From an uncultured Clostridia bacterium (GTDB taxonomy: Bacteria > Bacillota > Clostridia > Christensenellales > UBA1750), in NCBI GenBank assembly GCA_947625765.1, contig CANQPP010000006.1, positions 8,810 through 72,809 of the forward strand: a DNA stretch of 64,000 nt, read 5' to 3'. The stretch's first letter is position 1; each line of letters opens with the position of its first letter. Shown piece by piece: positions 1 through 8,962 of the stretch. The notes below the pieces were generated by a model. That model saw only the letters and a program-made list of their open reading frames with translations. It made no database searches and was not told the origin of the DNA. The position numbers and the translations under genes are program-made.

Positions 1-394
1 ATGATGCAATCCGGCCCATGGTTTCATCCGAAATCATTTCTGAAATATCTCCAAATGCAAATTATACGGTTCAGCAATCACTGCTATTCCTTGCAACGAG
101 GCTATGCTTGAAACCACTAATCGGAGTACTTCCAATTCTAGTTATGACCGTGATCGGTTAATGCGCACCCAAACACCTCAATCCTTCCGACTTGGAAAAT
201 TGCTATGGGCGCATGAAACGGCTCATCAAAAAGGAATCGTCAATTCAGTTGCTTCGTGCACGCTGATGATTGAGTTGGGGGAAACTGTTTTCTTTGCTGC
301 TGGATCTGAAAAGAACGTTAAAATAACAACAGTTGACGATATCGAGATATTTAAAGCCCTTCTAAGTGGGGGAAATACCAACTGGTTTAAGTAA
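1..394 (+). pseudogene. IspD/TarI-family cytidylyltransferase. The 5' end lies outside the window, and there is an apparent frameshift near positions 63-68.
   Basis: Frame 3 from position 3 reads DAIRPMVSSEIISEISPNANY, matching the (H)DAARP motif. Homology then continues in frame 2 as GSAITAIPCNEAMLETTN...RTQTPQSFRL...KITTVDDIEIFKALL, matching the AxPVxDT and TPQxF motifs. Stops at 41-43 (frame 2) and further downstream (frame 3) prevent a single reading frame. Confidence 0.6.
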
Positions 395-409
395 GGGTGG
401 AGGGATTCT

Positions 410-1474
410 ATGCGGTTTTCGAGCGCAGCTTATCAAGACGATATCAATAATATCTGCTTGTTTGATTTGCCTTGGGATCAATTGAAAGGGAAGCGTATAT
501 TGTTTTCAGGAGCCACTGGGCTAATCGGGACCTGTTTTGTCGATGTGATTATGTGTCGAAACCTCCAATACAACAGTGAGACTGAAATATATGCATTTGG
601 GCGAAATGAAGCAACTGCACAAAAGCGCTTTGCAGACTATTGGAATGACCCTAATTTTCATTTCATTTGCCATGATATAAACCTACCGCTGCCTTTAGAC
701 ACTTCGTTTGACTATATAATTCACGGTGCCAGCAACGCTTCCCCACGCGCGTATACTGAAGATCCAGTTGGCACTATCACATCGAATGTGTTTGGGACAT
801 ATCATCTGTTGGAATATATGGTAAATCACTGTCCTGACGCACGCTTTGAACTGCTTTCTTCTGTGGAAATATATGGCGAAAACCGTGGAGATACCGAAGC
901 TTTTTCAGAGAACTACTCCGGCTATCTTGACTGTAACACTTTGCGCGCAGGTTACTGCGAAGCAAAACGTGTATCAGAATCTCTCTGCCAAGCTTATATC
1001 GAAAAATATCATTTGTCCGCTGTTATCTCGCGTCTTTGTCGTTGCTATGGTCCTACGATGCAGAATTCTGACAATAAAGCCTTGGCACAATTTATACAAA
1101 GTGCGGTCAAACATAAAGATATTGTTTTAAAGAGTAATGGTACACAAGTCTTCTCATATTGCTATATGGCAGATGCTGTATCGGGAATCCTCTCCGTTCT
1201 CCTAAAAGGTGAATGCGGTCAGGCATATAATATTTCCGGCGCTGCCCCCTATCTGCCTTTGAAAGAACTGGCAGTAACTGTTGCGGAATGTGCTGGAACA
1301 AATATTCTTTTTGGACTGCCAGAAAAAAACGAGGCAAAAGGATATTCCAAAGCAACAAAAGCAATTCTAGATATTTCTAAAATCAAGCGATTGGGCTGGC
1401 ATCCACAGACCGAATTGCGAGATGGAATTAAAAAAACGATTGCTATATTGACAAACGAATCAGATAAAGGATGA
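410..1474 (+). CDS. NAD-dependent epimerase/dehydratase (extended SDR) family protein
   Basis: 354 aa. Rossmann motif GATGLIGTCF near the N-terminus and a YCEAKR (YxxxK) catalytic motif. It follows the cytidylyltransferase gene within 16 bp. Confidence 0.85.
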   Translation: MRFSSAAYQDDINNICLFDLPWDQLKGKRILFSGATGLIGTCFVDVIMCRNLQYNSETEIYAFGRNEATAQKRFADYWNDPNFHFICHDINLPLPLDTSFDYIIHGASNASPRAYTEDPVGTITSNVFGTYHLLEYMVNHCPDARFELLSSVEIYGENRGDTEAFSENYSGYLDCNTLRAGYCEAKRVSESLCQAYIEKYHLSAVISRLCRCYGPTMQNSDNKALAQFIQSAVKHKDIVLKSNGTQVFSYCYMADAVSGILSVLLKGECGQAYNISGAAPYLPLKELAVTVAECAGTNILFGLPEKNEAKGYSKATKAILDISKIKRLGWHPQTELRDGIKKTIAILTNESDKG

Positions 1475-2529
1475 TTTTTATGCCAAAGGTGAGCCTGATC
1501 GTGCCGATTTATAAAGTGGAAGCTTACCTTGCCAAATGCCTTGACAGTATTGTAAACCAAACATTAAAGGATCTTCAGATCATTTTGGTGGATGATGGTT
1601 CCCCCGATAATTGCGGTGTGATCTGCGATGAGTACGCCATTCGCGACAACCGCATCACCGTAGTCCATAAGCAGAACCAAGGACTTTCCGCTGCCCGTAA
1701 CGATGGGATTTCCCTTGTGAACAGCGAATATTTTGCCTTTGTGGATTCCGACGACTGGTGCGAGCCAGATATGTGCGAAAAGATGTACGCATGTGCCAAA
1801 GAAAACGACTTGGACATTCTGATGGTCGATCATTTTTGTGAACTTGGTAACAGGACGGTCGTGCAGAAATTTTTACCTGAGAGTTTTGTTACCGAAGACA
1901 AAAAGCGCCTTGATCGAATGACGGAGGTCGTCATCTGCAATCATTTTCCCGACGAGAATTATCCCTGCTCTACAAGTTTTCCGTGGGCTCGCCTATATCA
2001 TTCTCGCCTTCTAGCATACGATGACGTGAGATTCATTCCCACGCTCCGTGCACACGAAGACTCACTATTCAATCTATATGCCTATGCCCACGCAAAAAAA
2101 GTAGGATATATGCCCATCCCGTTTTATCATTACCGCTACGTTGCCTCCTCTATCGTTCATAAGTACAATCCTGATCGTGTGGCTATCGACACAGATATTG
2201 CAAACCAACTTTATACGTTTCAGCAAAAGTACCGTCCAGACCCATCATTTAATCAATCACGCATGTCCAATATCATTTGGCTTTTCTTCCGTTGCAACGA
2301 TCGGTACTTTTTCAACAAAAACAATCCGCAGACCTTTCAGCAAAAGCTAGGTACGGTCAAGCAGGTTCTGAACGATGAACCCTACCATTCAGCGTTTCAG
2401 CACATCAACCCGGTCTATCTAACAACAAAACTGCGGTGTGTTCTGCCCTTCGCCAGGAAAAATCATCCGCTGATCCTCTGGATGTTTTATCTGGTCAATC
2501 GATGGATAACAAGACACAAAAGGGGGTAA
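1471..2529 (+). CDS. Family 2 glycosyltransferase
   Basis: N-terminus VSLIVPIYKVEAYLAKCLDSIVNQT...ILVDDGSPD, plus a DSDD (DxD) motif. The start is either 1471 (ATGA overlap with the upstream stop) or the ATG at 1480 behind AAAGGA. Confidence 0.9.
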   Translation: MIFMPKVSLIVPIYKVEAYLAKCLDSIVNQTLKDLQIILVDDGSPDNCGVICDEYAIRDNRITVVHKQNQGLSAARNDGISLVNSEYFAFVDSDDWCEPDMCEKMYACAKENDLDILMVDHFCELGNRTVVQKFLPESFVTEDKKRLDRMTEVVICNHFPDENYPCSTSFPWARLYHSRLLAYDDVRFIPTLRAHEDSLFNLYAYAHAKKVGYMPIPFYHYRYVASSIVHKYNPDRVAIDTDIANQLYTFQQKYRPDPSFNQSRMSNIIWLFFRCNDRYFFNKNNPQTFQQKLGTVKQVLNDEPYHSAFQHINPVYLTTKLRCVLPFARKNHPLILWMFYLVNRWITRHKRG

Positions 2530-2535
2530 ACACCC

Positions 2536-3822
2536 ATGAAACGCGGAAATGTTTATAAACTTCTAGACCGACCAGCCTTTGATATGCTGTTGCTTTTCCC
2601 CCTTCTACAGCCCCAGTGCTTTGATTACTTTGCAGTGACTGACCGTCTTTTTCTGGTATTTAAGATGCTGGCCGCACTGATAATTGGCTTTCTCTACCTT
2701 TACCATGTAATATGTAATCGAAAAATCTCTCCCATAATGCTGCTGATCATCTTCTTTGTCGGATGGCAGATGATGTCTACGCTGATCATGGCTGGTTCCC
2801 TAATCGAATGGATCAAGAAAAGCGGGCCGCTCGTCGCGTTGTGCATGCTCAGCGATCTTCTGGTCCAACGCGACTGGCGGATACTGGTCAAAAGCCTGTT
2901 TGTTTTGCTCGGGCTTGAGACCGTGATCAATTTCATAACGTATCTCCTATTCCCACAAGGTCTGTATACACAGGCCCCGTACACCATTCCCGGCTGGTTT
3001 ATCTCTCCTGACAACTGGTTCCCGGTAATACTACTCCCGGCGGCATTTTTCGGATTTTTGCTCTATTTGGAAAAACGTACCAAAAAAAGCCGATTCCTTG
3101 CCTTGGCGATGTACGTACTGGTAACCGTGCAATTTGCTTTGACGCGATCTGCGACCTCGCTTCTTGGCTGGGCATTCTTTACACTTTTCACTGCATTGAT
3201 GTTTTTTATCCGTCCAGCGAGATTGGGGCGGCTTGTCAACGGTGCCTCGTTGTCGATTTCCTACATCGTTATTTATGTGGGCATTGTCTTGCTGCGGATG
3301 CAGACCCTTTTGGAGCCCATCATCACAGGCGTTTTCCATAAAAGTGTCAGTTTAACAAATCGTACCTTCATTTGGGATGCTGAAATGGCGTACATTCGGC
3401 AATCCCTTTTCATCGGTCATGGTACGAATTACCACGAAAACGGGTTCTGGTTTAAGCCCGAGCTGTCACGATATTACTGGGGATCACACAACTACATATT
3501 AAATATCGCAAGTATTGGCGGGTTGGTTGCTGTGGCGATATTTATCTGGATCGTAGCCCTTTGCATGTACAAACTATACCGTTGTCGTCGGCATCCCTAT
3601 GCAATTTTAATCTCATCTATGCTGTGGGTCTTTCTTATCATGATGATCATGGAAAACTACCGGACTGATGGCGTCTTCTATATTCTGCTGGTGTTAGGGT
3701 ACTATATTTCCATGATCACCACAACACCGAAGAAGGCTAGCGATTGCTGTTCGTTCGTCCAGTGGAAACATACAATAAAAATTCCATATAATACGCCGAA
3801 TTATGAAGCCGATAAAATCTAA
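2536..3822 (+). CDS. O-antigen polymerase/ligase-like (Wzy-type) polytopic membrane protein
   Basis: 428 aa dominated by hydrophobic segments. It sits between a glycosyltransferase and a flippase in a glycan locus. No sharp catalytic motif was recognised. Confidence 0.6.
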   Translation: MKRGNVYKLLDRPAFDMLLLFPLLQPQCFDYFAVTDRLFLVFKMLAALIIGFLYLYHVICNRKISPIMLLIIFFVGWQMMSTLIMAGSLIEWIKKSGPLVALCMLSDLLVQRDWRILVKSLFVLLGLETVINFITYLLFPQGLYTQAPYTIPGWFISPDNWFPVILLPAAFFGFLLYLEKRTKKSRFLALAMYVLVTVQFALTRSATSLLGWAFFTLFTALMFFIRPARLGRLVNGASLSISYIVIYVGIVLLRMQTLLEPIITGVFHKSVSLTNRTFIWDAEMAYIRQSLFIGHGTNYHENGFWFKPELSRYYWGSHNYILNIASIGGLVAVAIFIWIVALCMYKLYRCRRHPYAILISSMLWVFLIMMIMENYRTDGVFYILLVLGYYISMITTTPKKASDCCSFVQWKHTIKIPYNTPNYEADKI

Positions 3823-3896
3823 ATGTCCTGGAATACATTATTCCCACCGACATTCTGAATGTTGCCCTTCGTAAAGGGGAAGGATCAATATCATTC

Positions 3897-5354
3897 ATGC
3901 CGAAAACGACTTCGCTCTTTTACAATTTCATATTCAATCTTATCAAGACCATCAACAGCATTCTTTTCCCGATCATCAGTTTCACCTATGCTGCCCGCGT
4001 TTTAGGCGTCGATGGGGTGGGACAGGTCAGCTTTTCAAAGTCTTTTGTTTCCTATTTTGTTATGATCGCCATGCTGGGCATGAACTATTACGGGACCAGA
4101 GAAGCGGCAAAGCGCAGGGACAACAATGAGGAACTGAGTCGTTTTTGCATAGAAATGCTGATCATAAACAGTTTCTCGACTGTATTTGCCTATTTGCTGT
4201 TGGCGGTTGGAATGCTGTGTATTCCCACTCTGCAAAGATATGAAACACTTCTCCTGATCTGTAGTATTGGCATCGTACTGCAGGGTATAGGTATGGAGTG
4301 GCTGTACCAGGCGATGGAAGACTACCGGTATATCGCTGTCCGGTCAGCTCTATTCCAGATTGTTGCGCTCATCGCTATGTTCCTTTTTGTGCGAGACGAA
4401 GAGGATGTCATCCCTTATGCGGTGATCACGCTCTTAGCTTCTTCTGGCTCATACATTCTAAACTTCTTTAATGCCCGAAAGTATGTCCATTGGCGCCAAC
4501 AAGCTCAGTACAACATTAAGAAGCACCTAAAGCCGCTACTTTGGCTATTTGCGATGACGGTATCGATCGAACTCTATACTGTATTGGATAGCACGATGCT
4601 GGGTTTCCTAAAAGGAGATACCGCGGTCGGTCTATACACAGCAGCGATCAAGGTGGAACGGCTGATAAACACACTGATCATCTCTGTAGGCGTAGTTCTG
4701 ATTCCGCGCCTTTCTTACTATGCCTCCCACCAGGAGATTGAAAAAATAATGGCGCTCAGCACGAAGGCATATAATTTTGTGTTTCTGCTTTCCGTTCCTG
4801 CGGCCGTTGGCCTTTTTCTCCTTAGTGATGAGATCATTTTACTATTCAGCGGCAGTGCGTTTTTAGCAGCTGGTTTTACCATGCGGCTTCTCACGCCGAT
4901 CGTTCTTTTGATTCCTTTCAGCGTTTTGACAAACCAACAAATCTTTATCCCTATGGGATTTGAAAAATTGATCCTAATTTCTACAGGAGTCGGAGCTATC
5001 ACCAATTTCATCAGCAACTGCGTCCTAATTCCCCTATATGCTGAAAACGGCGCAGCTATCGCAACCGTTTTTGCGGAGACGATCGTGGCGATCGTCTGTT
5101 TTCTAAATGCAAACCATTATTTCCGAATGCGGGACATTTTTAAGACATATGCTCAATACTGGATTGCTGCGCTGCCTATCGTCCCGATCGTCTTGCTCCT
5201 TAAAGCTTCTCATCTGAACTATATTCTGTATCTTGCTCTTGCTGTAGCCTTATCTGCTGTCTGCTATGTTGTTCTTCTGATCCTCATGAAAAACCCTTAT
5301 ATCCGAGAAGCACTCGGTATCGCTAAATCTCAGTTCCTAAGAAAAAGAAATTAG
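3897..5354 (+). CDS. Polysaccharide/oligosaccharide flippase (Wzx, MOP superfamily)
   Basis: 485 aa with about 12-14 hydrophobic helices. The N-terminal pattern LFPIISFTYAARVLGVDGVGQVSF is typical of polysaccharide biosynthesis (Wzx) proteins. Confidence 0.8.
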   Translation: MPKTTSLFYNFIFNLIKTINSILFPIISFTYAARVLGVDGVGQVSFSKSFVSYFVMIAMLGMNYYGTREAAKRRDNNEELSRFCIEMLIINSFSTVFAYLLLAVGMLCIPTLQRYETLLLICSIGIVLQGIGMEWLYQAMEDYRYIAVRSALFQIVALIAMFLFVRDEEDVIPYAVITLLASSGSYILNFFNARKYVHWRQQAQYNIKKHLKPLLWLFAMTVSIELYTVLDSTMLGFLKGDTAVGLYTAAIKVERLINTLIISVGVVLIPRLSYYASHQEIEKIMALSTKAYNFVFLLSVPAAVGLFLLSDEIILLFSGSAFLAAGFTMRLLTPIVLLIPFSVLTNQQIFIPMGFEKLILISTGVGAITNFISNCVLIPLYAENGAAIATVFAETIVAIVCFLNANHYFRMRDIFKTYAQYWIAALPIVPIVLLLKASHLNYILYLALAVALSAVCYVVLLILMKNPYIREALGIAKSQFLRKRN

Positions 5355-5546
5355 TCTGCCCTTTCAAAACAAGTTGGCCTGAATTAATGTTTCTTCTCTC
5401 CACAGTGGTAGATAGAATGCTATATTTAATGATTCGGTGTATCAATACATCATCAGATACCCTTTGAATCACGATCATTTAATCGGTTATTTCGCTACGC
5501 ACCCTAACACGAAATTGGACGTGTCTACAAGAAACGAGGTGCTACT

Positions 5547-6709
5547 TTGGACCTGATAAAAAACATTATTCGTCAACAAGCAGAAAAAATTCTGTCGAAT
5601 CAAAAAGCTGAAAGAAATGCAGAATTTTCATTTTTGCAAGCGGTAGCAATTTTGATGGTGGTACTTAGCCATAACAAAAGTGCCATCGGTCTGTTTGATG
5701 ATTGGTTTTGGTATTCCTCTTTTTACATGCAGCTATTTGTATTTATTTCTGGATATTTCTTTAATTTTGCGGGGGGGGGTATAGAAATTTCATTCTCTAC
5801 AAAGCAAAAAGATTGCTAGTTCCATACTATGGATGGAATCTTATATATGGTTTGGTTATAACCGTTTTGAGGCATTTCCAGATTGTGAAATATGGTGAAT
5901 CGCTGACGCTTTACAACTATCTAATTAAACCGTGGACCTTGGGAGATCAATTTGCATTCAATCGCGCTGCCTGGTTTGTTTTATCACTTTTTCTTGTTCA
6001 AGCAGTTTATGCTGGTCTATTCCTGAGTTTAAGGAAAATTCCAGTTTTTCGAGATCGACTTCTTCTGATTTTACTGATCAGCTTGAATTTCGCAACGGTA
6101 TTTTACTGCGACAATCATTCTGAGACACTTAGCGGTTTTCAATATACTTTCGGAAAACTGTTCTTTCTTTTGCCCTTTTATCATTTTGGTGTGCTGTTTA
6201 AAAAGCACGAAAGAAAGATAAAGTTTCGCCCTATCATTTTCCTTTCTGTGATTTTCACGGCACAGTTCTTCCTTTGGTGTACATACAAAGGCCAAGGTAT
6301 GGGCGTTTGGGAATGCGCTTTTCGACTCGGGAACCCATTTGCCCCATTGTTGATATCGCTTCCGGGGATCTGCTTTTGGTTATGTATTGCAAAACTGCTT
6401 CGCCCCGCATATGAAAACAGTAAGATAGTATGCTATATTGGTAAAAACACTTCAACGATCATGACACATCACCCAATAGCGTTCTTTGCCTGCAATTGTA
6501 TCATTTTGTGCTGTTCTAAGCTCTTCTCTTTGGGAAGCTTCGATACAGAAGCATTTAAAACAAATATATGGTATACCTATCTTCCAGATGGCAATTTTCG
6601 ATTTGCACTCATTTATGTTGTAATAGCGATTGCTGTACCACTGTTAATAAAATACTCAGTTGAGCAAACGACTATATGGATTTCCAGACATATAAAACAA
6701 AGCAGTTGA
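5547..6709 (+). pseudogene. Acyltransferase-3 family O-acyltransferase, split into two ORFs (5547-5819 and 5780/5813-6709) at a G9 tract
   Basis: The upstream ORF has AVAILMVVLSHN and FVFISGYFF (acyltransferase-3 N-terminal motifs). After the G run the homologous reading continues in the other frame as YRNFILYKAKRLLVPYYGWNLIYG, followed by about 10 further hydrophobic segments. Confidence 0.75.
5771..5779. repeat. G9 homopolymer inside the acyltransferase coding sequence
   Basis: Direct read: ttaattttgc-ggggggggg-tatagaa. It is the only G run of this length seen in the window and lies in AT-rich DNA. Confidence 0.95.
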
Positions 6710-6872
6710 GAAGTATATCTTGCTTTGAGGTAGGATGTGGTTTCTCAATGACAGACTCGCGGATTTATATACTCAAACAAAACCCACGATTATCTTTTAT
6801 AAGGATAAGGATTATATAGCGATACATAAACATTGAAATGCTCAAAAATTGGGGGAGCAAATAGCATAAGTT

Positions 6873-6908
6873 TGGCCACCGGTTCTGAATAAAACAGGGC
6901 CGGTGGCC
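6873..6908 (+). terminator. Hairpin at the right edge of the low-GC island
   Basis: ggccaccggttctg-aataaaa-cagggccggtggcc, an imperfect 14-bp stem. It lies 160 bp after the acyltransferase stop, where base composition changes. Confidence 0.5.
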
Positions 6909-7162
6909 TATCTTTACTCTGGCAGATTTTATGGGCGCAGTGAAAACAGTGAATATGTTTGGCTTCGTGCAAACCGTCCCTTCCCCCACAAGGTCTCTAT
7001 CTCCTCTGCCCCTCACATCGATCCTTTTTCTATCTTTTTATACAGAGCGTTTCCCTTGCCCCGCCCCCTCTTTTCTGGTATGATGTGGGAAAAGAAGCCG
7101 TTTTTCTCCTTTTTTCCCTTTCCCTCTTTTCCCCCTTCTCCCCAATAAGGAGCGTGGCAGAA

Positions 7163-8422
7163 ATGCGTCTGAACCTCAAGCGCACGGTCTTGGTCGGCCT
7201 GGCCTTCCTCTCCATCTCGGCCTTCTGGCAGCTGTACGACTACACCATCCCGCTGATCCTCAAGGAGCGCTTCCAGATGAACGACGCGCTGGCGGGCGGC
7301 GTGATGGCGCTGGACAACATTCTGGCGCTGTTCCTTTTGCCGCTGTTCGGCGTCTGGTCGGATCGCACCCACACGCGCATCGGCCGGCGCATGCCCTTCA
7401 TACTCGTGGGCACCGGCGGCGCGCTGGCCTCCCTGGTGCTGCTGCCGCTGACGGCCTCCCTGGGCAGCCTTCCCCTGTTCTTCTGCGCCTTAGGCCTGGT
7501 GCTGCTCTCCATGGGCAGCTACCGCTCCCCCGCCGTGGCCCTGATGCCGGACGTGACGGAAAAGCCGCTCCGCTCCAAGGCCAACGCCATCATCAACCTG
7601 ATGGGCTCCGTGGGCGGCATTCTGGTGCTGGGCCTTATCTCTCTGTTGGCACCCTCGAACGGGCAGAGCTACCTGCCCCTGTTCCTGACCACGGCGGCGC
7701 TGATGGCCGTCTCCATCCTGACCCTGTTCCTAACGACGCCGGAAAACAAGCTGCGCCTGCCCGAAGAACCCATATCTGCCGAGCCCGCCGCCCAAAAGAC
7801 GCCCGCGGGCAAGCTGTCCCGCGGCCAGTTCATCTCCCTCTGCCTGATCCTCTCCTCCGTGTTTCTCTGGTTCATGGGCTACAACGCCGCCACCACCGCC
7901 TTCTCCAAATACGCCAAGTTCTATTGGGGCATGGAAGGCGGCGCCCCCGCGAACACGCTGATGGTGGCCCAGGCCGCGGCCATCGTCGCCTATTACCCCG
8001 TGGCCATGGTCTCCTCCAAGCTGGGCCGCAGGCGCACCATCCTGATCGGCGTGGGTCTGCTGTTCGCCGCCTTCGCCGCGGCGGCCTGCTTTAAGTCCTT
8101 CACCCCGCTCATGTTCCTGTTCTTCGCCCTGGCCGGTATCGCCTGGGCGGCCATCAACGTCAACTCCTACCCCATGGTGGTGGAGCTGTCCAAGAACGCG
8201 GACATCGGCAAATACACCGGCTACTACTACACATTCTCCATGGCGGCCCAGGTGGTCACCCCCGTGCTCTCCGGCGCGTTTCTGGAGTACGTGGGCTACT
8301 GGACGCTCTTCCCCTACGCCGCGCTGTTCGTGGCCCTGTCCTTCGTGACCATGCTCTTCGTGCGCCACGGCGACGCCCGCCCGGACACGGCTACCATCAT
8401 CGAGCAGGACAACGAGGCTTAA
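7163..8422 (+). CDS. MFS/GPH-type sugar-cation symporter-like transporter
   Basis: 12-TM pattern and a DRTHTRIGRRMPFILVG loop motif typical of GPH/MFS symporters. The chosen start is the ATG at 7163, 10 nt after AAGGAG. The longer ORF from 6959 has no support. Confidence 0.85.
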   Translation: MRLNLKRTVLVGLAFLSISAFWQLYDYTIPLILKERFQMNDALAGGVMALDNILALFLLPLFGVWSDRTHTRIGRRMPFILVGTGGALASLVLLPLTASLGSLPLFFCALGLVLLSMGSYRSPAVALMPDVTEKPLRSKANAIINLMGSVGGILVLGLISLLAPSNGQSYLPLFLTTAALMAVSILTLFLTTPENKLRLPEEPISAEPAAQKTPAGKLSRGQFISLCLILSSVFLWFMGYNAATTAFSKYAKFYWGMEGGAPANTLMVAQAAAIVAYYPVAMVSSKLGRRRTILIGVGLLFAAFAAAACFKSFTPLMFLFFALAGIAWAAINVNSYPMVVELSKNADIGKYTGYYYTFSMAAQVVTPVLSGAFLEYVGYWTLFPYAALFVALSFVTMLFVRHGDARPDTATIIEQDNEA

Positions 8423-8565
8423 AAACGTCCCCGCAGCGCGATTTTTTACGCAAATTCCGTCTTGTGTTTTGGCCGAAAGGATGCTATACTATAATTCGCT
8501 TTAAGCGAGAAGTATGGAGGGGGATCGCCGCCTCGCCGTACAGTTCATTTGGGAGGTAAACCGAT

Positions 8566-8814
8566 ATGCAAGTCGTTATGATCATTCTTGGCGTGATCCT
8601 CGCCATCGACTCCTTCGCCCTGATCGCCCTGGTCCTCATGCAGCAGAGCCGTTCCGCGGGCCTCTCCGGCGCCATCGCCGGCGGCGCGGAGACCTTCTTC
8701 GGCAAGAAGAAGGCCCAAAGCTTCGAGGGCAAGCTGGTCCTGTTCACCAAGATCACCGGCGGCATCTTTATCGGGCTGGCCCTGGTGATGCTGGTGCTGC
8801 AGAAGTACCTCTAA
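8566..8814 (+). CDS. secG: Preprotein translocase subunit SecG
   Basis: 82 aa with two TM segments and LMQQSRSAGLSGAIAGGAETFFG, the SecG signature region. GGGAGG RBS. It sits directly upstream of rnr, as in many Firmicutes. Confidence 0.9.
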   Translation: MQVVMIILGVILAIDSFALIALVLMQQSRSAGLSGAIAGGAETFFGKKKAQSFEGKLVLFTKITGGIFIGLALVMLVLQKYL

Positions 8815-8837
8815 GAAGGGGAGAGAAAAAGACGCAG

Positions 8838-8875
8838 GGACCCGGATGGAGCCGAATCATCCGGGTCCTTTTTTA
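8838..8875 (+). terminator. Rho-independent terminator after secG
   Basis: ggacccggatg-gagccgaat-catccgggtcc followed by tttttt. Confidence 0.7.
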
Positions 8876-8962
8876 CGCATAAGCCCTTCCCCTTTCCACC
8901 ATGCTGACCAAAGGGCCGACCTTGATCGGGCCTAAACACACAAATAGTAAGGGGGTTTTCCC

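Noticed and set aside
6959-7162. N-terminal 68-aa extension of the MFS transporter ORF
   Set aside because: The extension translates the polypyrimidine leader (a Pro/Ser/Leu/Phe-rich string) and has no RBS. The ATG at 7163 sits behind AAGGAG and begins the first TM helix region.
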